A DNA stretch of 64,000 nucleotides from Octopus vulgaris (lineage: Eukaryota), in contig OX597838.1 of NCBI GenBank assembly GCA_951406725.2, positions 15,996,001 to 16,060,000 of the forward strand. Reading direction: 5' to 3'. A program made the position numbers and the translations under genes. The notes under the pieces were generated by a model. That model did not search any database, was not told the origin of the DNA, and was given only the letters and a program-made list of their open reading frames with translations. Below are positions 53,400-64,000 of this stretch, piece by piece. Each line of letters opens with the position of its first letter. The stretch's first letter is position 1.

Positions 53400-53529
53400 G
53401 GTATTTCTTTGACTGTAGAGCTTATCACGAAATGGCAACGGTCTCAAACCCCGAAACATTGCCAGGCCAAATTTCTAAAGATTATTCGTCCGTTGATTTT
53501 TGTCGGCGCCCAGAGTTTTTCCCCGAGAA

Positions 53530-53700
53530 TGTCGTTGTTGTTGTTGTTGTTGCCACGGATTCTCTATAGAACGCCAACGTAGAATTTCTGTCGACCGCAT
53601 TGCCTGACTGATAGTGCCATACCACGTTCCAGCTGAGCCAAGAACCCTTTCTCGGTCCTCACTTGGTCTTAAGACTACGGTTTTGCCAGATAGACAAGAT
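53530..53700 (-). mobile_element. Possible RTE-type LINE extreme 3' end
   Basis: ISQAMRSTEILRWRSIENPW followed by a (CAA)n tail. Confidence 0.45.
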
Positions 53701-53734
53701 GGGGAAAACTGCATCTGACAAATAGCGATCACAC

Positions 53735-53944
53735 TTTTACTCTTTACTCTTTTACTTGTTTCAGTCATTTGACTGCGACCATGCTGGAGCACCGCCTTTA
53801 ATCGAGCAACTCGATCCCGGGACTTATTCTTTTGTAAGCCCAGTACTTATTCTATCGGTCTCTTTTGCCGAACCGCTAAGTGACGGGGACGTAAACACAC
53901 CAGCATCGGTTGTCAAGCAATGCTTGGGGGACAAACACACACAC

Positions 53945-53987
<43 letters not shown>

Positions 53988-54152
53988 TACGACGGGCTTC
54001 TTTCAGTTTCCGTCTACCAAATCCACTCACAAGGCTTTGGTCGGCCCGAGGCTATAGTAGAAGACACTTGCCCAAGGTGCCACGCAGTGGGACTGAACCC
54101 GGAACCATGTGGCTGGTAAACAAGCTACTTACCACACATCCACTGCTGCGCC
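53735..54152 (-). mobile_element. SINE family B, full length
   Basis: Reverse complement of the family B pattern. Confidence 0.93.
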
Positions 54153-54721
54153 TTTTTCCCACGTTAATGTTTTTTCTCCGAGTGAAGTAAAGCTATGGAT
54201 AAAAAGCGTTCTGGCCACGACCATTCAGTCTTTTTTTTAATAATATAGTAGATTGTGATATGACCGATAACTGGTAGTCATTTTCAAGAAGGCGATCGTC
54301 TTCGAAGAAACTATTCCTTTGCTCCTAGGCGTACGTTTAAAGGGAGATAACAAGTGATTCTGAGGAGTGCTTTCCCTTGAATCATATTTTATAATTTTAT
54401 TGTAAAATTGAATATTTAAGAAATGGTGTTTGAGGATAGACTTGACACTTACGACACTTCCGACAGATGATATGTCCCCGTAATCTAAGATTCGCCAATT
54501 CCTTGTCTTAGGGCAGACGTTTCCTTAATGGATACTAACTTGTAATCTGACAGCCCGGTTGTGTCAGAAAACCAAGTCTATTGCGCTTCATTATACATAC
54601 ACACATATACACAAACGTGTACACAAACACACATACACACACACACACGCGCACGCACGCAAACATATCTTTAGATAGATGTGTATCTCTAAGTATATAT
54701 ATATATATATATATATCTGTA

Positions 54722-54816
<95 letters not shown>

Positions 54817-55197
54817 TGGCACTCCGTCGGTTACGACGACGAGGGTTCCAGTTGATCCGATCAACGGAGCAGCCTGCACGTGAAATTAACGTACAAGTGG
54901 CTTATCACTCCACAGACACGTGTACCCTTAAAGTAGTTCTCGGGGAGATTCAGCGAGGCGCAATATGTGACAAGGCTGGCCCTTTGAAAATAGAGGTACA
55001 ACAGAAACAGGAAGAAAGAGTGAGAGAAAGATGTGGCGAAAGAGTATAGCAGGGTTCACCACAACCCCTTGCCGGAGCATCGTGGAGCTTTAGGTGTTTT
55101 CGCTCAATAAACACTCACATCGCCCAGTGTGGGAATCGAAACCGTGAACCTACGACCGCGTGTCCACTGCCCTAACCACTGGGTCATACCGCCTCCA
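54817..55197 (-). mobile_element. SINE family C, tail variant 1
   Basis: Reverse complement of the family C pattern. Confidence 0.9.
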
Positions 55198-55220
55198 CTA
55201 AATATATATAAGTCTGTGTG

Positions 55221-55305
<85 letters not shown>

Positions 55306-56199
55306 TAGATAGATAGATAGTTAGATAGACCATGTGTTTCGCGCGCGCGTATTCTGTATGTATCTGTGTGCATGTACATGAATATATTCGCGCGGGCGCA
55401 CACATACACACATACACACACACACACGCGCACACACACTGCGCCTTCTTTGGCTCTTCTTTCAATTCTCCCTTAATCATTCTCTTACCTCAGAGCAGTG
55501 TAAAATGTCCAGCTTTATCTCTCTGTTCCAGAAAGGGCGACCGCACATCATCTATCACTAGCTCTATCGCGAAATTGACGGAACCTTGTGTCCTTTGGAA
55601 CTTCTGGAACTGTCGTAACCTCTTTTGACCTTACAATTTGGATTTATCCCTAACTTCACCTACTGTGGCCAGCTCATCGAAATTCTTTAAGGCATCACGT
55701 TTATCACAGCCAGCGACTCATGGGTGAATGTTATCTCTCTCGAATTCGTCGAAGATTTATAGCTAGCGAAGATCATTACAATGAGCTGAAGGTTAATCTT
55801 TAAAACTGGTTAAAGTCTTTCATTCTCGGTCGAAAAGAATAATCACGATAGCGCAACATTCTGCCCGCTGTGGTGTTCCGGAGAATTCTGTTCTTGGCAC
55901 CCAGTCATTAGTTGCATATATCAGCGAGATATATGTCAACTTAAAGCGTGTTACTGTTTAAAATAACGCAGACGACATTAAGCTGTAGCTTGGGATAAAA
56001 GAGACGGATTCTATTTGTTATAGATCTGTCCTGCCATTTTATTTGGGCTGTGTACTATGTATGTGTTTTTGATAATCATTGATGTCTTTCATTACGTCCG
56101 CTCTCTGTTCCCTTTTTAACTATCTTATCGGCGAGTCATAATGTATCTGAATTCTATATTAAATAATTACACACACACACTTACACACACACACACACA

Positions 56200-56251
<52 letters not shown>

Positions 56252-57415
56252 ATGGGAGGGGTTTCAACCATGTTTCGTGGTCTGCTACCACAACATCTCC
56301 TTTATAGGATCCAGTTAGCTCAAGACATCATCAGGAGGAACCACGTCCGGTTTCGGCCCCTACTCCTCTACCATTTTGACGTGGCGGCCCCCCCCCCCTC
56401 TTTCGGAGGTGCCTTCAGCTCTGGTGTTGAGCGCATGTCTTCTTTCTCCATCTTTCTTCTGTTCCCTGGCCTCTTCGATGTAGCGTCAACGAGTGTCAGC
56501 GGGCAACTGACTGTCTTGTCAAATTTTCCCTTTAAATACCTGCTGCTAGGCTCCAGCAGGCAGCCCTAGCATGTTGTCACGTGACATTGTCTCAACTTTA
56601 ACTGACCAATGGAGGGCGCGTAGTCTTAGCCCACGCATTCTCTAAACGAGACCGTCTCCTGTCAATAAATAATTAAGACTGATCCTTTGGGGCTTTGCTG
56701 CACCGCATCATATATGTCCCCGAGAAAAGATCTTTCTCTCCCAGATCTTGTTGGCCTTGAATTGTTATTGATGCTTCTGTAACATTGATTTTGTTTCTAG
56801 ATAGGACTACTGACCAACGCATATTCATTTTTAGTTCTGGGAAGAGACGATCCATATTAAACTGGATTCTATATTTTGATTTGTCTAGCATGGGGAGCCT
56901 TACTCGGAGCTTGCACTCCGTTGGCATACCTCTCAGGTTAATTGGGACACATGAGCCATCACACTGCAACAAGTATTGTACATTGTGGTGGTCGGCTTTA
57001 TGAAACTGTGACAAAATAAAGCCTATCCTCAGATGTAACCGATTCATTAATAATTTTCTAACTGACTCTGCCTTTAACGTCATGCATTTTACTAAAGAAT
57101 CTCTTCCATTTATCACTTGCCTTCTCATCAAGTCCCGTGTATTTTCCAAAAATTTCTCATGATGATTTCAACTCGTAACTGCATACACTTCAATACATCT
57201 ATTGAAGATTCCACGTATATACAGCTTCCTATATGTTTTGTATTTTTAATCTAGTAAGACTTTCACCTGTTTTCTATAACACACAACAAAGTCACATTTA
57301 ATGCTGTCAACCCTGTATTTGAAAGAAAACTGTTGCCATTTAACCTTTGGTTTGCGTACGGGGTGGGGATTCTGGAAAGTTCCTGGCTTTGGGTAAAAAA
57401 AAAAAGAAGAAATAT

Positions 57416-57825
57416 AGGCGCAGGAGTGGCTGTGTGGTAAGTAGCTTGTTTGCCAACCACATGGTTCCGGGTTCACTCCCACTGCGTGGCACCTTGGCAA
57501 AGTGCCTTCTACTATAGCCTCGGGCCGACCAAAGCCTTGTGAGTGGATTTGGTAGACGGAAAATGAAAAGAAGCCCGTCGTATATATATATATGTATATA
57601 TGCATGTGTGTGTTTGTGTGTCTGTGTTTGTCCCCCTAGCATTGCTTGACAACCGATGCTGGTGTGTTTATGTCCCCGTTACTTAGCGGTTCGGCAAAAG
57701 AGACCGATAGAATAAGTACTGGGCTTACAAAAGAATAAGTCCAGGAGTCGAGTTGCTCGATTAAAGGCGGTGCTCCAGCATGGCTGCAGTCAAATGACTG
57801 AAACAAGTAAAAGAGAAAAGAAAAA
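57416..57825 (+). mobile_element. SINE family B, full length
   Basis: Complete head, CORE-like motif and tail. Confidence 0.93.
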
Positions 57826-58011
57826 GAGCGAAGAGGGTATCAGTTAAATATGACCTTATTCAATATATTCACTGCTCAGATTCATACACTTATTGCAGCA
57901 GTCCTTTAGTTTTTCTAAAAGAACTCGAAGGTTTGTCCCCCAACGAGGCCTTTCGCGTTATCCTTAAAGCTAGGAAATGTTCAGCACTCCCTCGTATATC
58001 AGAAACGTTTC

Positions 58012-58217
58012 AAGGCGGCGAGCTGGCAGAAACGTTAGCACGCCGGACGAAAAGCTTTGTGGTATTTCGTCCGCCGCTGCGTTCTGAGTTCAAATTCCGC
58101 CGGGGTCGATAAATTAAGTACCAGTTACGCACTGGGGTCTATGTAATCGACTTAATGCGTTTGTCTGTCCTTGTTTGTCCCCTCTATGTTTAGCCTCTTG
58201 TGGTCAATAAAGAAATA
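58012..58217 (+). mobile_element. SINE family A with a short internal deletion
   Basis: TSD AGAAACGTTTC at 58001-58011 and 58218-58228. Confidence 0.92.
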
Positions 58218-58620
58218 AGAAACGTTTCTTTTTTTAATATCGTTACACCGTAAATTTCATAAACTCCTGCTACTAAGACGTCTACTTTTGATTAATCAAT
58301 AATTTCTAATCTGTGTATCACATTTAAATTCACATGCTTCTCTAAATTTTTCCATCATTTAACGTCATTTTAATTTGTGAGCGCTGTGAAATTTCAAATA
58401 CTTCGGAAATTACATCAACATTCAGCGTACAACCTTATCGCACAATGGTCTGAGGCAGACAGATAGTTTAAGCTCTCAGCAGAGAGATTAAATAGACGTA
58501 AAGCAGGACGGCCTTACACTTTCGCTCGATATATTAGAAGAAATAACAGCAAAAACTCTTTCCAATCACAAATTACCATCTTAAAAACATGTGAAGGATC
58601 AGAGTATAGCAGGAACCTTG

Positions 58621-59070
58621 GGCAATCTTTCGTCTCTAGTAGACCTTTCCGTCGATTTCCGTAAATTTTTTTTTTTTTTTTACATATGAGCTTGCGAGAA
58701 CTTTTGAAGTAATATATATACATATACACATACACCGAGTAAAAAATTTCAGTTATCTCTTTCTTTCACACATTACTCTGTCTCTTCACACACACTAACA
58801 GAAGCACTTCACTTACACAACATACTGTCTGTCTCCCACACCCCATCAAACACACACACACACACACACACGCACGCACACACACACATGTCCATCAATG
58901 CTCCCATGCACGGTAACTTCAAAAGAACTTCCCTCGTCATACAGTCGCTTTCTCTTAGTCTCTTTCGCTCTCATTACTTCAAAAGTTCCCGCAAGCCCAT
59001 ATGCAAAAAAAAAAAAAAATTTTTTTTACGGAAATCGACGGAAAGGTCTACTAGAGACGTAAAGATTGCC
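58621..59070. mobile_element. MITE with ~90-bp TIRs and an 8-bp TSD (Merlin- or Mutator-like)
   Basis: GGCAATCTTTCGTCTCTAGTAGACCTTTCCGTCGATTTCCGT... and its reverse complement ending ...AAAGATTGCC. Perfect TSD GAACCTTG at 58613-58620 and 59071-59078. Confidence 0.92.
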
Positions 59071-59539
59071 GAACCTTGTTCTCACTTAGCCACAGAATCA
59101 GACCACAATATTAGTCTCTCTTTTTTTTCCGGCGTTACATTGCTTTCTTTCTTTAGGACGGTCGTGTTCCATTTTCAGTTCTTAACAATGAAACAGACGA
59201 AGCTTTAGAAACGACAGATTACGCTTGTGTTTTCTTTGGACCTTTTCATCATTGTCAGATTAATCTTATTCTTAAAAAGAGTTTATCCATGGATATTAAC
59301 AACAACAGTTACAACAACAACAACAACAACAACAACGTAAATTAACAAGAAAACAGCAGTTATTGAATTGACAATTGTTTTAATCGGTATAAATTTTCAT
59401 ACAGTTGCAGTAATCTGAATCTGGTACATGTCTACGCATGAAATACCTGCGTGTGTGTTATCTTGCAATGTATATAGGTAGGTGTATGCTGTGTATTTTG
59501 AGTGTATATACATTATATATACACACACATACACACATG

Positions 59540-59575
<36 letters not shown>

Positions 59576-59622
59576 TATATGTAGATATATATATATATAT
59601 GTAGATATATATATATATATGT

Positions 59623-59665
<43 letters not shown>

Positions 59666-59823
59666 GATATATATATATATGTAGATATATATATATATAT
59701 ATATGTAGATATATATATATATATATGTAGATATATATATATATATATATATGTAGATATATATATATATATATATATGTAGATATATATATATATATAT
59801 ATATGTAGATATAGATATAGATA
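59540..59823. repeat. (TA)n tract with periodic TGTAGA interruptions (minisatellite-like)
   Basis: Read directly from the sequence. Confidence 0.93.
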
Positions 59824-60159
59824 TGTGGTTGTGTGTAACATGTATGTATATAAATACGTATGTATGGTGTTGTTAGTATTGGTCAATTGGTCATGTGGTC
59901 CTGTTTGTTGTTACTGCTAACTGCGGTTATAATAATAATATTAATAAAAATATTCGTAGTTGTTAGTACCAATGGATATGGTAATTGATATTGTTTGCTG
60001 GTGCCGCTGTTGCCGTAGTAATGGTCTCATTAATAACATCAGTAGTAGTAGTAGTAGTAGTAGAGGTGGTGATGCTGGTGGTGTCTGATGTGTGGGATGC
60101 GGGGTATTTGTAGCTCCCCACCGCTTTTTTTTTCACATTATTTTTGCTGAAATTCAGAA

Positions 60160-60319
60160 TTATGGTTTTGATTTTGATCCACATGACTTCTCCTCGATAT
60201 TTGGCTGAAAAGAGACGCTCCAGGATCGATCCTTGCAGACTTGAAGTTTCTTGTCTAGCCTCATGCTGTGTTCATCCAGGGTGCCGTTGGACAAACCTTC
60301 CAGAGGCATAGACTTCGAT
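60160..60319 (-). CDS. Candidate terminal coding exon of an unidentified minus-strand host gene
   Basis: Polypyrimidine tract and TTTTTCACAG acceptor (AG at 60321-60320). After 1 nt the frame reads SKSMPLEGLSNGTLDEHSMRLDKKLQVCKDRSWSVSFQPNIEEKSCGSKSKP* in non-repetitive, GC-richer sequence. Confidence 0.5.
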
Positions 60320-60390
60320 CTGTGAAAAATGGATTTTGGGGAAAAAAACAAAAAAAAAACATTAAGAAGCATGTAACCGATTATAATTAC

Positions 60391-60427
<37 letters not shown>

Positions 60428-60435
60428 GCTGTTGC

Positions 60436-60472
<37 letters not shown>

Positions 60473-60815
60473 AAGGTGGAGAGCTAGCAGAATCGTTAGC
60501 ACGCCGGACGAAATGCTTAGCAGTATTTTCGTCTGCCATTATACGTTCTGAGTACGAATTCCGCCGAGGTCGACTTTGCCTTTCATCGTTTCGGTGGGGT
60601 CGATAAATTAAGTACCAGTTGCGTACTGGGGATCGATCTAATCGACTGGCTCCCTCACCCAAAATTTCGGGCCTTGAGCTTAGAGTAGAAAAGAATATAT
60701 CAAGGCAACAAGACGGCGAGCCCGCAGAAACGTACTACTCAAGGACTGGGTTCGATGTGATCGATTGTCTCCTTCCCTAAAAACATCTAGGCCTTGTGCC
60801 TATAGTGAAAAGGAC

Positions 60816-60866
<51 letters not shown>

Positions 60867-61100
60867 CATCATCATCATTACGAAGGCGGTAAGCTGGAAG
60901 AATCGTTAGCACACCGGGCAAAATGTTTAGCGGCATTTCGTCCGTCTTAACGCGCTGAGTTCAATTTCCGCCAAGGTCAACATGGCGTTTCATTCGTTTA
61001 GCATCGATGAAATAAGTACAAATTAAATAAGTTCTGGGATCGATGTAATTGATTAGCTTCCTCCCTCAAAATTTCAATCTTGTGCCTATAGTAAAAAGAA
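60473..61100 (+). mobile_element. Cluster of SINE-A copies with the alternative tail, associated with (TTA)n/(GTT)n
   Basis: Copies at about 60473-60695, a tail at about 60745-60815, and about 60882-61100. Tails read like GCCTTGTGCCTATAGTGAAAAGG. Confidence 0.85.
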
Positions 61101-61244
61101 TTGTTGTTGTTGTTGTTATTATTATTTTATGTTTGACTTTTGCTTTACATTTGTACAAGTTGGCTCCAAGTCTCGCCCAGAGACCTCAAGAGACAACAAA
61201 TTGGAAGTTCATGTTGGTGTTATCCCTAGGGTGGCATATATTTG

Positions 61245-61285
<41 letters not shown>

Positions 61286-61288
<3 letters not shown>

Positions 61289-61570
61289 TGGTTTTATTTT
61301 TATAGCGTGCTTTCACTTCACTACCGAGCGCAGCTCTGTGTGCCTTGGGTATGTGCTGTGATTTGTTGTGATGCTCTGATGGTTATTGTATGGAAAGTGT
61401 TCTGCGTAGGATGTGTGCAGTGCCTAGTAGTGCAATTTTCTGTATGTTATATGTGTTTGTAAGTCCTGGTGTTTTTGTTATGTATTTGTCTGAATATTTT
61501 TTTATCATGCCTAATGCACCTACTATGATAGGAATTGTTTCTGTTTTCAGATTCCACATTCTAGTTACCT
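61286..61570 (-). mobile_element. R4/Dong-like LINE 3' end inserted in (TAA)n
   Basis: TRMWNLKTETIPIIVGALGMIKKYSDKYITKTPG...IQKIALLGTAHILRRTL, then a UTR ending AAAACCACTG(AAT)n. Confidence 0.9.
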
Positions 61571-62527
61571 CTATTTTATTATTTTTATTATTATTATTAT
61601 TATCATCAACATCATCATCATCATTAATGAATGTTGCTAGGAACGGACGCTTTCAAGGGTTCCCGTTAAGAACTGAATTTGCTCTCGATTTACTCAGAAA
61701 AGCATTTTTTGTACCTGATTTGACTGAGACATATTAGCAAAAAGTGATTTCATTCTACGCACACCTAATCATTGGTTGGGTAAAGTTTTGTCTAAAGTAT
61801 TGTTTTCCTTCGCTGAAGGTATTGTGAATGAACAACCACGTACATTCTTGCTCCATATTCACCATATCAACATCAGGGGTAGTGCTAGGATGCACTTGTC
61901 ACAATGATGGCAGCATTCTTAATGGCGGAAAACTACAATTTCTCAAAACACGCTTTAAAAGTAGCCGAAAGCGTAACAATTGGATCAACACACAGAGAAG
62001 CAGACGCAAGCACACAATGTTACACATTTAAGAAGGAAATAAAACTGTTTGATTTGATAGGATAATTTAAACCTTGAAGAAGTATAGACTTTTAAAATTG
62101 AAGAAGTATGGACAATTTAAAATTGAAGAAGTATGAACGGCATGAAGAATACCAATAATAGAAACTTATCTTTTGCTAACATTGTGGGTGACAGGGAAGT
62201 ACTGGATATAAATCAGATCCCAAGAAATGGAAAATATGAACTGGATGCGTTGCAAGAGTGGATGCATCTTTGCTCGACAATTTCATACAGGGAAGAGCAA
62301 GAAGGAAAGTGGCATAGCTGTTGTATCAAAAAAGTGTGTGAAGATTTTTATATATCCTCGAAGGAGGAGCTAGTAAGATTGCTGTCCTCCGCGTAGCTGA
62401 GGGGACAGTCCCTCGTCTGTTAGAAAATATATGAAAGTATGCGTAAGGTCCTTAAAATTTAGGGCGATGCGAGACGACAGATAGCTCGTTCGTAACATGT
62501 CTGCTAAAAGGATGGTGCAACATTAAG

Positions 62528-62672
62528 TATAAGGTTGTCCCAAAAGTTCGTAGAAAGTCTTGGAAAATAATGGTCTTTATTTTGAGGAATAATTTTTGTT
62601 GTTTTTGTTAGTACTTGGCGAGTAAAAATTCAATTTTCGCAAGTGTTTACGAACTTTTGGGACAACCTAATA
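62528..62672. mobile_element. Mariner-type MITE
   Basis: TA-TAAGGTTGTCCCAAAAGTTCGTA ... TACGAACTTTTGGGACAACCTAA-TA. Confidence 0.9.
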
Positions 62673-63394
62673 TATATGGCAGGTCTTCAATTTGAGGATG
62701 GCTTTTTCCCCTTCACACACCACTCATTGAAGCGTCGAAAGTGGTCATCAGTACCGTTCTTCATCATCTGATGCAAGCGTTAAAAATGGACTCAATATTT
62801 GGAAGGAAGTTACAGTTAATACTTTAACGGTACTCAGTTATTGGCTACGAAAATGAGTTATATTCAGAACGGAAAATACTGCCATAAATTTAATCCGTGA
62901 TTTGACCTTTTTCCTGCATCCAATTCTCTTTCCGAATAACCATAATGATTTCTAACTTCCACGCAATGCCGCAAACTTTAAGGAACGACAGTGCATTAAT
63001 AAATATCTTTATTTATTTGACGACTGTTTTATTGTATCCATCCCAGAAGGAGGAAAAGCAAAGTCAACCTTAGCGGAAATGGAAATATCAATGTAAAGGG
63101 AGGTGTCTGAATACCACAAAAATATATTATTCGATTCTGCTTATCTACTAGTATTAGTATGAAGACCGAAAAAAGTATCACTTACTACTTCCCGCTCTGT
63201 TTGTGACCTTTGAACCTCGCTTCAGTTGTGCACGTCGAAGGAAAGCCATGTAGTTGGGGTTATCGATGGCGGCATTTCGTTCCAAGATTCCATATAGGGC
63301 CCTCTGTCAACAAAATAGTTCATAATAATGATAATAATGACAATAATAAAAACAACAACAACAATGATAATAATAATAATAATGATAATAATAA

Positions 63395-63606
63395 TCCTTT
63401 CTACAATAGGCACAAGGCCAAAAATTTGGAGGAGGGGTATAGTCGATTACGTCGACCCCAGTGTTTCACTGGTACTCAATTTATCGACACCGAAAGGATA
63501 AAAGGCAAGATGGGCTTCGGCAGAATTTGAACACAGAACGTAGCGACGGGTTAGATACCGCTAAGCATTTCGACCGGCGTGCTAACGATTCTGCCAGTTC
63601 ACTGCC

Positions 63607-63669
<63 letters not shown>

Positions 63670-63903
63670 CTACTGAATAATAATAATAATAATAATGGTT
63701 TCAAATTTTGCCACAAGGGCAACCATTTTGGGATGTGTCGATTAAATTGACCCCAGTGTTCAACTGGTACTTATTTTATCGATCCCGAAAGGATAAAAGG
63801 TAAAGTCGACCTCGGCGGAGTTTGTACTCAGAACGTAGCAGCAGGCGAAATGCCGCTAAGCATTTCGCCTGGGGTGCTAACGATTCTGCCAGCTCACCGC
63901 CTT
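63395..63903 (-). mobile_element. Two SINE-A copies (alternative tails) separated by (TAA)n
   Basis: Copies at about 63395-63608 and 63698-63903. Confidence 0.88.
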
Positions 63904-64000
63904 AATAATAATAATTATTATTATTATAATAAACATCTGTGAGTGTGTATGTGTGTGGGTGGGTGGGTTTGTGTGGGGATGGGGATGGCAAAGAGAAATA

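Noticed and set aside
62075-62135. Three spaced copies of TTGAAGAAGTAT, superficially CRISPR-like
   Set aside because: Short degenerate tandem repeat with similar spacers in eukaryotic DNA; no cas genes.

Overview
AT-rich, gene-poor eukaryotic DNA made mostly of microsatellites ((TA)n, (TG)n, (TATG)n, (GGT)n, (ATT)n) and transposable-element remnants. The tRNA-derived SINE content resembles a coleoid cephalopod, probably Octopus; this is from memory of the repeat families, not from a search. Almost all ORFs in the supplied track are microsatellite or SINE artefacts. Supported content: four SINE head/body types (labelled A-D here) in dozens of copies; decayed LINE pieces (RTE, R4/Dong-like, CRE-like, CR1); Penelope-like RT/GIY-YIG remnants and Penelope-derived non-autonomous elements with minimal hammerhead-like motifs; mariner and hAT relics; piggyBac-like and GG-TIR MITEs; one non-autonomous Helitron; several palindromes; and one plausible terminal coding exon of a minus-strand host gene (60160-60319). 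The most notable patterns are (1) a young SINE-A subfamily whose target sites usually begin GGTA and which repeatedly inserts at the same site in its own head, building dimers and trimers; (2) SINE head/tail module swapping; and (3) hammerhead-like cores in elements that sit in (TA)n tracts. No rRNA, intact tRNA or CRISPR array is seen. Repeat boundaries were read by eye and are approximate unless a TSD is given.
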